Made by a program: the position numbers and the translations under genes. A model generated the notes under the pieces. That model saw only the letters and a list, made by a program, of their open reading frames with translations. It was not told the origin of the DNA and did not search any database. Below, one piece after another: positions 40,380-54,017 of a stretch of DNA of 64,000 nt. The DNA is from Callorhinchus milii (taxonomy: Eukaryota), in NCBI RefSeq assembly GCF_018977255.1, contig NW_024704743.1, positions 12,340,001-12,404,000 on the forward strand. The letters run 5' to 3'. Numbering within the stretch: position 1 is the stretch's first letter; each line of letters begins with the position of its first letter.

Positions 40380-40582
40380 GTAGATGTTTTATTATTAATA
40401 TTTATTCTAATTAATATTTTTATCATTAATGAGTTGAGGTACAGATCAGCCATGATCTACTAGAATGGCAGAACAGGCTCGAGGGACTGAAAGGAATACA
40501 CCTGTTCCTATGTTGACTGGCTCAGATAGTGCTCTCGCCTCTTGAGTCAGAAAGTTGTGGGTTCAACAATGACTTCCTACCA

Positions 40583-41381
40583 AAATGCAACACTTCGTGG
40601 AGAAACGTTGGATTTTGGGTGGAAGAATGAGGAGAGGCAGTATAAGCTGATGGTACAATCTTAAAGGGGGCAAATGAACAGAGAGACCTGAGGGTTCAAC
40701 TAAGTAAATCTCTAAAGGTGGCAGGACAGGTAAATAAAGCTGTTAAAAAGCATACGGGATACTAGGTTTTATAAATAGGGGCAGAGAATTCAAAAGTCAG
40801 GAGGTTATGTTAATATTTATAAAATGCTGGTTAGGCCTCAGTTGGAGTACTGCGTTCAGTTCTGGGCACCGCACTTTAGGAAAGATGTGAGGGCATTGGA
40901 GAGGGTGCAAAGGAGGTTTACCAGGATGGTACCAGGAATGAGGGACCTTAGTTATGAGGAGAGGTTAGCGAAACTAGGGTTATTCTCCCTACAGCAGAGA
41001 AGATTAAGAGGTAATTTAATAGAGGTTTTCAAGATCATGAGAGGAAAGCTTGAACCGGGAAAAACTGCTTCCACTGGCATGTAGGTCAGTAACCCGAGGA
41101 CACCGATTTAAGTAAGTTGTTAAAAGAAACAGAGGGGAGGTTAGGAAAAAAAAATTTCACCCAGCGAGTTGTTTGGATCTGGAATGCATTACCTGAAAGG
41201 GTAGTGGAAGCCGGTTCAATAACAACTTTTAAGAGAGAAGTAGATGGGTATTTGGGGAGGACAGGATTGCAGGGCTATGGAGAGAAAGCGGGCCAGTGGG
41301 ATTGAGTTGGATTGCACTTTTCGGAGCTGGCGCAGACACGATGGGCCGAATGGCCTCTTTCTGTGCTGTATGATTCTATGA
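40583..41381 (+). mobile_element. CR1 LINE 3' fragment
   Basis: LVRPQLEYCVQFWAPHFRKDVRALERVQRRFTRM...RRLRGNLIEVFKIM and FTQRVVWIWNALP, with tail tatgattctatga. Confidence 0.93.
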
Positions 41382-42387
41382 CTTGCATTTATACAGCCAC
41401 CTTCAAGCTGGATAACATCTGGTGTAGTTTGATGCTGATCTGGGGAGAAAGGGGAGGTGACAGTTGAAGAGGAAGGTCTTCAGGTGCCATTTGAAAAGCT
41501 CGATGGGCTGAATGGCCTATTCATGTTCCTATGCCAAGAAGGGTATTGTACATGCAGGAGCACAGACCGGCTGACATGTGGGAGCGTAGAGCACCTGTGT
41601 GATAAGCGTTCCTGCGTGTTAGCGAAGTGCATTCTAACGGAGTTTTACTGTGTATTGTTGGCTCCTGAGGTGTGTTCCTGGGGTGGGTGAGTTTCTGTTT
41701 CCAGCAGTACTGCACCTCTTCAGATGCAGTTAGTGAAGAGTTTCTGTCCCAACCACAAATTGACTGTCCCATATATGCAGTTAGGCAGCTGTCCACTAGA
41801 GGGCAATATTACCTGGGTCCACACAATGCTACAATGAATGATTGCTTAACAAAGGCATATTAGATAGGGAGAAAATCCACTACACTTATTCTCATTTTGT
41901 GCAGCATTTTTGAGCTTCCAGGATCTGGTAAACTGGCAGTGTGTAGGAGGTGACACTGGTGCCATTCCCCCNACCCCCTGAGGAAATCCATGAGAAAAAA
42001 TCCCCTTTGGCTCATAAAGATAATAGTCATATAATAATAATCCTTCTATTTGATGTAGCCCTGTATCACGTCATTGAGACATCTCAAAGTGCTGCACAGA
42101 ATTTACTTCAGTGCTTACTTTGTGGACAAAATAATAATAATAATTATTAATAATAATAATCCTTGCATTTGGTATAAAGCAACTTGCAACAACGTGCGTA
42201 TGTATAGTGCCCTTCACACCAGACAGCGTCTCAGAGCGCTTGACAGTATATCCTGTATCCTTTACAATATATTCATCTCAACGAATTGATTAGGCACTGT
42301 ATTAAATGCAAGGATTATTATTGTTATTAATACATGTGTGTGAAATGAACCAGACAAAAGATTCAGGGATAATAATGCTCACACATA

Positions 42388-42739
42388 AAAATAATAATAG
42401 TAATATAATAATATAATAAATATAATATAATCCTTGCATTTGATATAGCGCTTTTCACGTCGGGAGGACGTCCCAAAGCGCTTCACAGAACACACTGTAA
42501 AGTGAATTGACTGTATATTTGTGGGCGAACGCGGCAGCCAATTGCGCACAGCAATGTCCCACAAACAGTCGTAGATTGAAAATGACCAATTTTATTATTG
42601 TTTTTGGTTTTTGGAGGGATTATTATTAGGCTCTGTGTGGAGTAAGGAAACTTGCCCAAGGTTTCGCCCTCTGCCTGGAATTGAACTCAGGTCTCTCACT
42701 TGCAAAGCGAGTGCTCTAACCACTGAGCTACAGGACTCC
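42388..42739 (-). mobile_element. Young short tRNA-Ala SINE, full length
   Basis: Near-identical to the other young copies, with a degenerate AT tail. Confidence 0.92.
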
Positions 42740-43817
42740 AAAATGACAATAATCCTTGTATTTAGAATGCTGGTGGGCCTTTTCATTTCAGGAGGATTTT
42801 TCAAAGAGCTTCACATGATTTACGAGTGTAAATTTGAACACAGCAACATCCCACAGCAATCTCCCATAAAGTAAATGGCCAATTTTATCTGGGGGATTGT
42901 TGGCCAGGACACTAGGAAAAATTCGCTGTGGGATCTTTAACATCCACCTAAACATTTGGTTTAATTTCTGAACAACAACAATAAATTACATTTATATAAC
43001 TGTGTTCATGTTGGAAGGACATCCCAAGGTGCTGATTTTGTCTCATCAGAAGGATGGAGCCTCTGATAATGCAGCGATTTCCCCCGTCACTCCACTGACA
43101 TGTCAGCCCAGACTGTGAGTTCTAAGTCTCAATGTGGAGCTTGAACTCACAACCTTCATGACTCAGAGGCGAGAGTGCTTCCCACTGCGCCAGGCTGATA
43201 CAGTAATGGCTGTTTGGATGTGATCCCGGTAATGCCAGTGGAATTGTACCTCAGGGGACGTGGGATGGGGGGGAGCGGAGGAATCAAAATGCCTTCAGTA
43301 AACGGGAGAGGGGAAAGAAAACTATCAAATCTGGGTCAATTGTGGGTTTAAGTTTACATAAGGACAGCATTGAGCTCTGGCTGCTCCCAAAATAACTTCA
43401 GTGATGTATCTTAGTGGAGCTGAGGTCAGAACTGATGCAGTAGGGCTGTGTTTCCATTCCCTTTACGCCATCTGTCTGCTGATCAGCGTGAGGATAGCAT
43501 GGTACCCCAGACAGTAAGGTTGCCTCATGACGGCTGTTAACCAGCTCTGTGCTCAGTGTGAACACCACAGCAAGAAATCTCACCAGGTTTAATTATGCTT
43601 CAGTTTTGTTTAGTGAATAAATTGGGAATATCTGCATGTATGTTATAATTTATGTGTATGTTGTATAATTTGTGTCTTTCTCTCCGGCTCTGTTTCTCTC
43701 TTAAGTGGGCTCCCCTTGAAGCTGAACTGGCTCCAAGGTGACATGTTTGACAAAGGAATGTCAGAATCCAGCCAGCCCTCTCTAGTCCTGTTTTTGAGCC
43801 TGGTGGGTCCGCAGTAT

Positions 43818-44286
43818 TCCAGGGCACAGCTGATGACAGCATAGGCAACCTGGCTCATCGGTAGCACCTGGAAGGGCAGACCAGTCCTTGGGGGCAAGAA
43901 GTCATCCCACTCAGCTACTGTTAACCCTGCAAGCCAAAGCCCTAATGGGTAGATTGGTCCTGGCTGGACAAGCAAGGGAAATCTTGCTGGACAGCAATAT
44001 CAATGGCAAGCAATACAGTTTTAGCCAATTAAACTCCTGCAGTACCCCAACGCACACTTTAGCGTCCCCAAGCCTTGGCTCTTGCCAACCTGCGCCTAAT
44101 ACTTTCTGGAATTAGGTAAACAGGATGCATTCCTCCAGGGAGAGCATTCCATTCCAACAATCTATCTCTGGGATTTCTGTGTGTAGGTGGGATGCATGGA
44201 ATTCTCAGTTTGGTTTGGATACTCTTGAGCATGGTGATGGGTTTCCACATTTTTCAAGACACCCGGCTGACACCCCCACAAAAAAA
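43818..44286 (+). repeat. Unclassified ~450-bp repeat, most complete copy
   Basis: Runs from tccagggcacagctgatgacagca to cccggctgac plus an A run. About nine full or partial copies occur in the window. Confidence 0.8.
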
Positions 44287-44633
44287 TATTCTCTCTCTGT
44301 TTTTCTCCTTCTCACTCTCTTTTCACTTTCTCATTCTCCACCTGTGTCTCTTTCTCTATTAGCTCTCCATCTCTCTTGTGTTCTCTCTCTTTTTCTCTCT
44401 CACACTCAAGAATAGAGAATAAATATAATCCTTGCAAGTAATACAGCGCCTTATCTTGTCAACAAAACATCGCAAAGCAGGAATTCTGCCACAGGACCTT
44501 TAACATCCACCTGAACAGACGGAAGGAATCTCAGGTTAACATCTCACCTCAAAGTTGCCACCTCCAAAAATATAGTGCTGCCCCCAGTATTGCATTGGAG
44601 AGCCATCCTAGACTGTGTGAGTTGAAAGGCCTG

Positions 44634-45015
44634 TATATATGGCCTTTAAGGCTTGTATATATGTGTATATATACATATATATAGATATATATATACACAC
44701 ATGTGTGCGTTATGTATGTTATGTATGTTAGTGTTAGTGTATACACATATATATACACACACAGAAATCTCTTGATAACTCACCCCCCACACAAATACAC
44801 ACACATAGTACACACTACCCCCCTCCCCCCACACACGTAATACACAGTACCTCACCTCCCCACACATACACATAATACACAGTACACACTACCACCCCCC
44901 ACACACACATAATACACATGCACATATAATATCCATGCACATATATAATACACACATACATATGATACACTCACATATATAATACGCACACACATATAAT
45001 ACACATGGACACACG

Positions 45016-45055
<40 letters not shown>

Positions 45056-45092
45056 AGTGTAAAACACTCACACACACATATAATATATACAC
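44634..45092. repeat. Compound (TA)n/(CA)n/(TG)n microsatellite region
   Basis: Directly visible dinucleotide runs. Confidence 0.9.
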
Positions 45093-46814
45093 AAATAGTC
45101 TTCCGTCTGGGAGTCAGGGTGGGAAGCAATGTGGAAGGCCCATCACATTGAGACTTTTATTCCATTCAATTGGTTTTAATTGAAATAGCCCCAGGGCTGT
45201 TGGTATAAGTGAACGGGGGCAGGGTGGGGGGTTGGGAAAAGCAATGCTTCAGAACAGCTTGTACTTGGCTGTGTGGTTAATGCCCTCAGGCACTTTCAGG
45301 TCTCCCGCACCGCACTGTGAATGACTCACTTTATTTATTTCAATCACTTCCGATGCTGTTCAATTAGCGAGACTGGGCTTTGAGAGTCGGGGGAGGGGAG
45401 GTTAGAGGTTAGTTGCATGATCAGTTTCAATAAAATAACAATTAAAATAAAATAATCCTCATGTTTGATATTAATCCTGGTCATTCAATCTTGGGGGGAG
45501 ATGTCTCAAAGAAAAACCCAGGATTTCACTGTGGCATGTTGTGATTGCATGTTTTGCAGACGACCATTGCTAATAATAATAGCGATCCTTGCATTTATAT
45601 AGTGCCTTTCACGTTGGGAGGATGACACAGGCACTGGATAGTGGAGGGTTTATACCTGAGGTGGGGGTTGGATTTGGGAGGGGTGGGTGCCATTGAGGCA
45701 TGGGGGCAGGGGTGTAAGATGACTGAAGACATGGTCAGGGGAAGGTCTCAGGGTGCTTCGTTGTGGTGGGTCGAATGCTGAGCGAGGGGGAAGGAGGTGA
45801 CCATAAGCGTAGTCGAAGAGGTAGTTTTTCAGGGTTAGGGGTGGATTTAAAGATTGATTAAAACGGGACTGAGGCAAAGAGGTAGAGACAGGGAGTTCCA
45901 GCAACAACAATAACTTGCACTTATACAGCACCCCTCACGCGGGGTAGCGTCTCAGAACACTTAACCCTTCCAGAGGTTAGAGGGGCAGTGGCTGAAGTCA
46001 CAGCTGTTGATGGTGTCTAGCAATATACCAAAGAGGCAACTCACTGAACATACAGTAAATAGCACCTTTCATGGATACATGTGAAACCCTCTGAGTAAGC
46101 CTATGAAATGTCTGAGCCAAAATAAAAATCAGACATTCCCACCCCCCTCCTCACTGACAGTAATCTATAATCAGTCCAAAGAGAATTGATCCTCAACAGC
46201 ACCTGAAAGAGAGCGAGCGAGAGTGGATTGTGCATTTTATACCTTTATTGATTCACCACAGAAAGAAACAAATTAGCTTATCCCCTCTTTATCCTTCTAT
46301 CTATCTCTCCCACCCTCTGTGCCCCTCCCCTCCCTCTGCGGTACCTACTGTTAAGCCCATTTCCATGCTTGTTTCTGTATCTTCAGTCTCTACCTAATTT
46401 CCCTTTTAAATTGCATAGTTGTCTTGGTTTCAACAGCCACTCACACTAATGGGTTGCTCATCTTAATAACGTTTTATGCAGCAAAGAAAAATAGTCTAAT
46501 TTCTTCCTTCATGCTTTTGGTAATAATCCTACCGATCCTTTGTGTCTGCAGTCTGATGTGCCTACAGTCCAAAATGTTCATGGTTTGTGTATCAGCGTGG
46601 CTCAGTGGTAGCACTCTCACCTCTGAGTAAGAATGTTGTGGGTTCAAGCCCCATGTTGGATACGCTTAAGAAAATAAGGACCAATTAACAAAGGGAATCA
46701 GGAGGTAGAAAAGCAAGAACCAGGGAGCACTGACTAGAGGTTTCTTGATTGGATTGTTTGATTTGTAACTTGTGAGCTGAGAATAAAGGAGTTTTCTACA
46801 AATTGATTGTTGAG

Positions 46815-49345
46815 CCCTGCGACCAGGGCTCCCTCTGCCTCCTCAATGCTGTTGATTATTCTATCCTCCTCCACTGCCTCTCACCTCAACCTTCATGGTT
46901 CTGGCCTTGAATGGCTCAGATCCTATCTCTCACACCGTCTCCACTTCATATCCACAAGTGGTTTCTTCTCTAGCCCCGCACCGTCTTGTCCAGTGTTTCT
47001 CAGGGCTCTGTCCTTGGTCCCCTCCTCTTCAATATTTATATGCTCCCTCTTGGTGACATCACCCGCAGACATGGGGTCAACTTCCACATGTATGCGGGTG
47101 ACACCCTGCCAGAGAACTATCATTTTTTATAATGGTTGCAATTATAATGCAGCAACTGATATGTGAAAGTGTCTCCCTGAGATGCACAAATAGCAAACCT
47201 CTAACCATGGCTGCCCTGTACGCTCCCACATACACACCATATGCACCTCAGATTAATGAAGTCTGCCAGAATAGAAGTGGGCAAGAAAAACACTTTAAGG
47301 ATGCACCTCACTGAGCCAGTCCGGATTCATGTTTGACCCTCAACTATCCTTTCTACCCTACATCCATGCCATGACTCGCTCTGCCTTATCTCGCTTCAGC
47401 TTGTCGGCCTCCCCAACTCCTCCCTCCATAGGCTGCAGATCAGCCAGAACTCTGCAGCCCATGTACTCTCCCCCTCCATGCTTCATGATCCTATCACCCC
47501 CATCCTCATCCAACTCCACTGGCTTCCCATCACACGGAGGATATAGTTCAAGATCCTGGTCGTCACCTTCAAAGCCTTCCATGGCCTTGCTCCCCCCTAT
47601 CTCTATGACTTTCTAACTCTCTACCAACCTGCCCGCTCCCTCCGCTCAGCTGCCTCTGCCCTTCCGACTACTACCCCCTCTCCACCCCCCCCTCACACTC
47701 CGTCCCCTACCCATCCCTCCATCCACACCTTCGAACTTATCTCTCCCTCTTCTCTCACCACCATCATAACCCACATGAAACAGACCAACTGCTCTCTCGA
47801 CCCCATCCCTACTCCTCTCCTTACCTCCCAGCTCCACCTCCTTGCCCCCTATTCACAGACATTACAGACGCTTCCTGCCACTGGCACCATTCCCACACCT
47901 TCAAAAAACCCTCATTGGACCCAACCCCTCTCTTAAACTATCGCTCAATCTCCAACCTCCCTTTCCTTTCCAAGGTCTTGAAACGAGTCGTTGCTTCCCA
48001 GCTTCGCTGCTTCCTTTTCCGCCACTCCCTTCCCAAACCTCTCCAATCTGGCTTCCATGTTGCCCACAGGGCAGAAACAGCTTTGATCAAAGTGATAAAT
48101 AACATTCTGTCCATCTGTGACCAGGGCTCTCTCTGCCTCCTCATCCTTCTTGACCTCTCTGCTGCCTTTGATACCATTGACCACTCTATCCTCATCCACT
48201 GCCTCTCCTCAACCTTCATGGTTCTGTTCTTGAAGGGTTCAGATCCTACCTTTCACACTGTCTCCATTTCATCTCCACAAATGGCTTCTCCTCCAGCCCC
48301 CGCACCATCTCGTGCGACGTTCCTCAGGGATGTGTCCTTGGTCCCCTCCTCTTCAACATCTATATGCTCCCTCTTGGTGACATCATTCGCAGACATGGGG
48401 TCAATTTCCACATGTATGAGAATGACACCCAACTCTATCTCTCTGCCTCCATCCTCCACTCCAGGACCTCTGCTGTCCTGACAGAATTGTCTGTCAGATA
48501 TCAAGTCCTGGATGAGAGCTAACTTTCTTCAGCTGAACGTCAACAAGACCGAGGCTCTCCTGATTGGCTCCCGTCAGCGCCTCCACACCTCAGTTGCTGA
48601 CAGCATCACCATCCATGGTTGTACAATCCACCTTACTAAGCCAGTCCGGAACTTTGGCATCTTGTTTGACCCTCAACTATCCTTTCTACCCCACATCCGT
48701 GCCATGACCCGCTCTGCCTTCCCCACCTCCGCAACATCGTCCGGCTCTGCCAATGTCTCACACCAGAGGCCGCCGAGACCCTCATACATGCATTCATAAC
48801 ATACAGACTTCACTACACAAACTCCATACTTGTTGGCCTCCCCAACTCCTCCCTCCATAGGCTGCAGACCATGTCCTCTCCCGCACCAGGCTCCGCGACC
48901 CTATCACCCCAGTCCTCGCCTAACTCCACTGGCTTTCCATCACACAGAGGATACAGTTCAAGATCCTGGTCCTCACCTTCAAATCTCTCCATGGCCTTGC
49001 TCCTCCCTACCCCTGTGACCTCCTAACCCCCTACCAACCTGCCTGCTGCCTCTGCTCAGCGGGCTCTTTCCTACTTCACATCCCCTCCCTCCCCCACCAC
49101 ACCATTGGCGGGCAGGCCTTCAGCCACATTGCCCTCACCCTCTGCAACTCCATCCCTCAGTCCCTCCGCCTCGCCCTCTCCCTTCCCTCCTTCAAGACGC
49201 ATCTCAAGACCCTCCTCTTCGACCATGCCTTTGATCACTCTCCTGTCCTCCACCCTCCATGATCCCGACCTCCAGCTTGGGTCCGAAACACTGATTGTCC
49301 AGCGCCTTGGGATGTCCTCTCAATGTGAAAGGCGCTATACAAATG
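46815..49345 (+). mobile_element. Two tandem L2 pieces (46815-47645 fragmented; 47645-49345 RT to 3' end)
   Basis: [35 protein letters not shown] and [14 protein letters not shown], plus the 3' UTR stem-loop. Confidence 0.88.
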
Positions 49346-49654
49346 TAGTAATCCCTCCAAAAAACAAAACAATAATAAATTGATCATTTTCAATCCACGA
49401 CTGTTTGTGGGACACTGCTGTGGGCAATTGGCTGCCGTGTTTCGCCCACAAATATACAGTCAATTCACGTTACAGCATATTCTGTGAAGCGCTTTGAGAG
49501 GTCTAGAAGACGTGAAAAGTGCTATATCAAATGCAAGGATTATTATTATTAATGTTGTTGTTCTTGGTCTGAAATGCTGTACACTGTCCAGCGCCTTGGG
49601 ACGTCCTCCCGATGTGAAAGGCGCTATACAAATGTAATCTTGTTGTTGTTGAGA

Positions 49655-50625
49655 ATATAACGTGGTGTCAGATGTAAAACTGAACGGATCTGTAAAAGAC
49701 AAAGAGATTGAACAGGGATAATAAAAGAAGACAAAATGAGTGTTGGAGAAGCAGAGCTGGATGCCATGACAAGATATGTGCAAATACTGCGAACATTGAG
49801 GTTAGATGTTAACTGAAGACATAATTGGCAAAGATTTGAGTGGAATTTTTAAATATTTGCGCTAGCCTCAATTGTGAAGAAATTGCCACAATTACAGCAG
49901 TTGGCTATTTTCCTAAATGTGACTGGAGAAGAAGTGAGGGATTATTTTGCAACTACGGGAAAAAAATGGACATGCCATTAAATGCAATGATAAAGGTCAT
50001 GCAGGAAAGATGTTGTGGGTATAACAATGTCACAATAGATAGATATAAATTTGGAACAAGGAAGCAAGGGCCTACGGAATCATTTCAGCAATACTGTGTA
50101 GCATTATGATCACTAAGTAAAATATGTAATTATGGAGCTTTAAGAGAAGAAATGATCAGAGACCAAATTGTATTAGGATTGAAAGATAATGAAATACGCA
50201 GCAAGCTCTTGAAAGAGGAGACTTTAATGCTTTAAAAAGCTCTGCAAATAGTCGATATAGAAATAATGTCCAAAGCACACATGAGGGTTAGAAATACAGA
50301 AGAGATGGTGAAATTGATGAATTAGCTCAAAGAAAAAACTGGAATGATTCAGATAGGAATATGGTGTATGGAGGATATACAGGTCTAAAAGGTAAATAAA
50401 TATAGAGGAAATTTGAGAAGTGTGGATTAGTGCATCCTTTTCGGAGATGTTTAGCGAAAGGAAAATAGTGTTATGAGTGTCATTGGTGTGGGCATTACGC
50501 AGGACAATGCAGAAATGGACAAAGAGAACCTGTAAGGAGCTATGGCAGAGGAACCCAGGAGGAAAGGCGTACAAGACGAAACAATTACAGAAGGCCAAAT
50601 AAGATGCAGAGAATTAGAATTGAGC
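49655..50625 (+). mobile_element. Gypsy-type LTR retrotransposon gag relic
   Basis: NVTIDRYKFGTRKQGPTESFQQYCVAL*SLSKICNYGALREEMIRDQIVLGLKDNEIRSKLLKEETL is typical of Gypsy gag. Stops and frameshifts present; A-rich composition. Confidence 0.8.
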
Positions 50626-51589
50626 AAATAAAATTGACTGTTTGTGGGACATTGCTGTGTGAAAATTGGTCACCCACAAAACATAATGTCACTAGACTTG
50701 ACAGTATATCCTGTAAACCGCATAGAGACGTCTCAACGGCACAATAAAGTGCTGTATCAAATGCAAGGATTATTGTTACAGGAATCCCTCCGACTTACCA
50801 GAATCGGGTATCCGGAATTCAGACATAGCTGAGGCCCGAGGCCGAAACAGAGACATTTAAAAAACATCCACGGATCCACACATGTGTTGACTCCCGCTGG
50901 CCCACTCTCCCAGCCTGCCCCCCTCTCTGCTTGCGGGATTCAGACAATTACAAACCAAGTAAGACCCCCAACCCCACCCCCGCCCGCCCATGCTGTCAGA
51001 CCCCCATGTTGCTGCGATCAGCTCTGAATGCCTTTAGCAAGGTCAAACCCTACAACTGTCTCAGCTGCTATGGGCACATTCCTCAGTGATGCTGACGCAT
51101 GGCTAAGGACATCTGTTGTGACAGTGAGAGTGACACATGGTGCAGCACAGTGTGGCCGCTGCTAACACACACCCTGGGCGGGCCCTGCTCCAGCCACCTC
51201 TGATGAAGCAATATTAGCTTCTGAACTGCGACTTAGCACAAACAAATACAACCCTGTCAAACATGAGGTGGCAGCCTGGCTCAGCCGGCAGCATACTCAC
51301 CTCTGAGTCAGAAGGGGTGGTGGGGGGGGAGGTCAGGGGTATGCTGCATTGTTGGAGGTGCCGTCCTTCAAATGAAACGTTAAACCAAGATCCTGTATGC
51401 CTGTTCAGTTGGACGGTAAAGGCGTAAACAGAAGGGAGTTTCTCCCGGTGTCCTGGCCGCCAATCCACCACATAAAAATTGGTAATTTGTTTTGCGGTTG
51501 TTTATAGGGACAATGCTGTGCACAAATTGGCTGCTGTGCATTTATATAGCAAGGTAGCATCCCAGAGCGCTTCACAGTGGCAGATCCGC

Positions 51590-52500
51590 CAACAAGCCAG
51601 TGTGAGAGGGAAGGGGGAGGTGATCGTAAGAACAATCAAAAAGATAGGTTTTTATGTGGGATTTGAAGGTGAGGAGGTAGGGGGCAAGGTGGAGGGATTG
51701 AGGGAGAGAGTTCCAGAGTTTCGGGGCATAGTGGCTGAAGGCACGGCCACCAATGGTGGAACCGAGGGCACGAGGGACAGACAGGAGACTGGAGCCTGCC
51801 GAGTGGAGGCAGTGGGTGGTGGAGTGGGGGGTAAACAGGTCGGATAGGTAAGGGAGTGCGAGGGCATGAAGTGATTTGAAAACAAGTGGAACTCCGTCCC
51901 ACAGTCCCTCAGTCTTGCCCCCTCCTTAGCCTCCTTCAAGTCGCATCTCAAGACCCTTCTCTTCGGCCGTGCGTTCGATCACCCTCCCCAATCCCGACCC
52001 CCAGCTCGGGTCCAAAACACTGACTGTCCAGCGCCTTGGGACGTCCTCCCGATGTGAAAGGCACTACACAAATATAATTTTGTTATTGTTGTTGAGTGAG
52101 GATCTTGAAATCGATCTCTTTGGTGATTGGGAGCTAGTGGAGCCTGGCAAGGACTGGTGGGATGGGGGGATGGAAGTTTCATGTGGGTGAGTATCCGGGC
52201 GACGGAGTTTTGAATTAATTGTATTTTGTGTAAGGTGAAGCTGGGGAGACCCACCAGGAGGACATTGAAATAGTCCAGCCGGGAAGTGATGAAGGCATGG
52301 ACAAGGGTTTCAGCTGCGTCGGTTGTGAGGTATGGATGAAGGAGGGCAATGTGGTGGAGGTGGAAAAAAGTGGTCCTGGTCAGGGAACGGATGCGTGGTA
52401 GAAAGGTAAACTGGGGATTGAACCTGATGCCTACGTTGCGCCCGGGAAGGTTGAGGAGATAGGTGCATGCACAGGGCGGTCAAATGAAATCTAGGCTGAA
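51590..52500 (-). mobile_element. Minus-strand L2 fragment interrupted by a plus-strand L2 3' end (51887-52093)
   Basis: LHKIQLIQNSVARILT on the minus strand. The + insert tggaactccgtccc...ttgttattgttgttg has its own tail. Confidence 0.78.
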
Positions 52501-52609
52501 GCACCGAGTGGCTGGTGTGAGTGACATTGATGTGTTGTGAGAAGCATGTGTTAGTCGGCCTGACTTGCAGCTTTGCATTGTTGAAGGTGTCTCTTTTCAC
52601 ATGAAATGT

Positions 52610-52680
52610 TGACTGATTGATTGATTGATAGATAGTTAGATAGGTAGGTAGATAGATAGAGACAGATTGAGATATATAAA
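52610..52680. repeat. (GATT)n/(GATA)n microsatellite
   Basis: Directly visible. Confidence 0.85.
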
Positions 52681-53419
52681 TAACCAAGGTTAATTGGTCC
52701 ATTTATCAGATCAGTTCTTTTATTAACCACTGTCATAACATCAACAACAACAAAAAATTACATTTATAAAGCGCCTTTCATGTTGGGATGATGTCCCAAG
52801 GCAAACCCCTTATTATCCCACTGCATAATGAGGGTTTGCACCCTAGCTGTGGGTTGGGATCAGAGAGGGGTGGAGGCAAGACGGGAGTGGGTGTTGTGCG
52901 GAGGAGGGAAGATGACCAAAGTGTTGGTCAAAAAGTGATGGTCAAAAAGAAAGGTCCTAAGACTGGCCTTGAAGGAGGTAAGGGAGGGGGCGAGACGGAG
53001 GGATTCCAGGATGGAGTACCAGAGGGTGGGGGCAGAAAGACTGAAGTCCCGACCGCCGAAGGTGTAGCAGACCAGTACCTTGACGGTTAGAGCATCTGCC
53101 TCGCAAGCGAGAGAACCTGGGTTTGATTCCCAGGCAGGACGAAACTTTAGGCAAGTTTCCTTACTCCAAGCGCCAGTTTACCTAGCAAATAAGCTGGAAC
53201 CCGGTTTGTTATTCGATTGGCGGATCGCTTTCCAGGAGTAATAATCCCTCCAAAAATAAAATAATAATATAATTTGGTCACTCAATCCATGACTGTTTGT
53301 TGGCCACTGCTGTGTCACTACACTTTATAGTATATTTTGTAAAGCACTTTGAGGCGTCTCGAAGATGTGATGAGGTGCAATATCAAATGCCAGGATTATT
53401 ATTATTATTATTACCCTGT

Positions 53420-54017
53420 CCTGCAGATCCCTCACGTTGTGTTTCTCAGGAGGAGCTTTAATCAAAATAGACGTGATGTCATCCCATAATGAGACGGCCT
53501 CCAATGGCTGGTCAGGCTTGTCAGCAAGGAGGTGGTTTCCTTTTACAGCCTCCTCTGTCCAGGCTATTTTAAAGAGACATTGAGCACAGCTGCACATGAC
53601 AATCTGCAATCAGAGGCAGTGTGTGTCTCTCCTGCAATCGCAACAGCAGTCACAAGCAGGAGCGTAGAATTCTGCCTGGGAGCTCGTCTATCTCTTTTTC
53701 TCTCTCTCTCTTTCTGTGTGACTGAACCTCGCTCCTGACGGATTTTCCCTGACTGGAGACAAGTGGAGTGGAAGGAGGGGCTGGGTGGTTGGGTTTGGGG
53801 GGGTAGCAACCTGAACTGAGACAAACCCACAGTGGTTAGCGTGCGCGTGTTGAGAAGAAATTCCCTGCTGAGGTGTTGGACGGAGGATCGATTTCGGTAG
53901 ACCTCGCCCGGGGGGACCCTCTGGCTGGCCACAAGGTGCCCAACGCACGCCTCCCAGCGCCCTGACTCCTGGCATGGGCTGCCCTCGCCGCCACCCTAAC
54001 CCTCGCTGCTCTTGTCC
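53420..54017 (+). promoter_or_regulatory. PRKAG2: Putative internal promoter and 5' UTR of the exon-3b transcript
   Basis: Repeat-free island with TGATGTCA (53474), CCAAT (53501), TATA/MEF2-like CTATTTTAAA (53564) and E-box CAGCTG (53587). CpG-enriched at about 53830-54010. Confidence 0.6.

Noticed and set aside
41972..41972. Single N base
   Set aside because: Assembly ambiguity or tiny gap, not biology; local contiguity is slightly uncertain.
50778..50850. Possible Tigger-like left TIR (ta|caggaatccctccg)
   Set aside because: No matching right TIR found.
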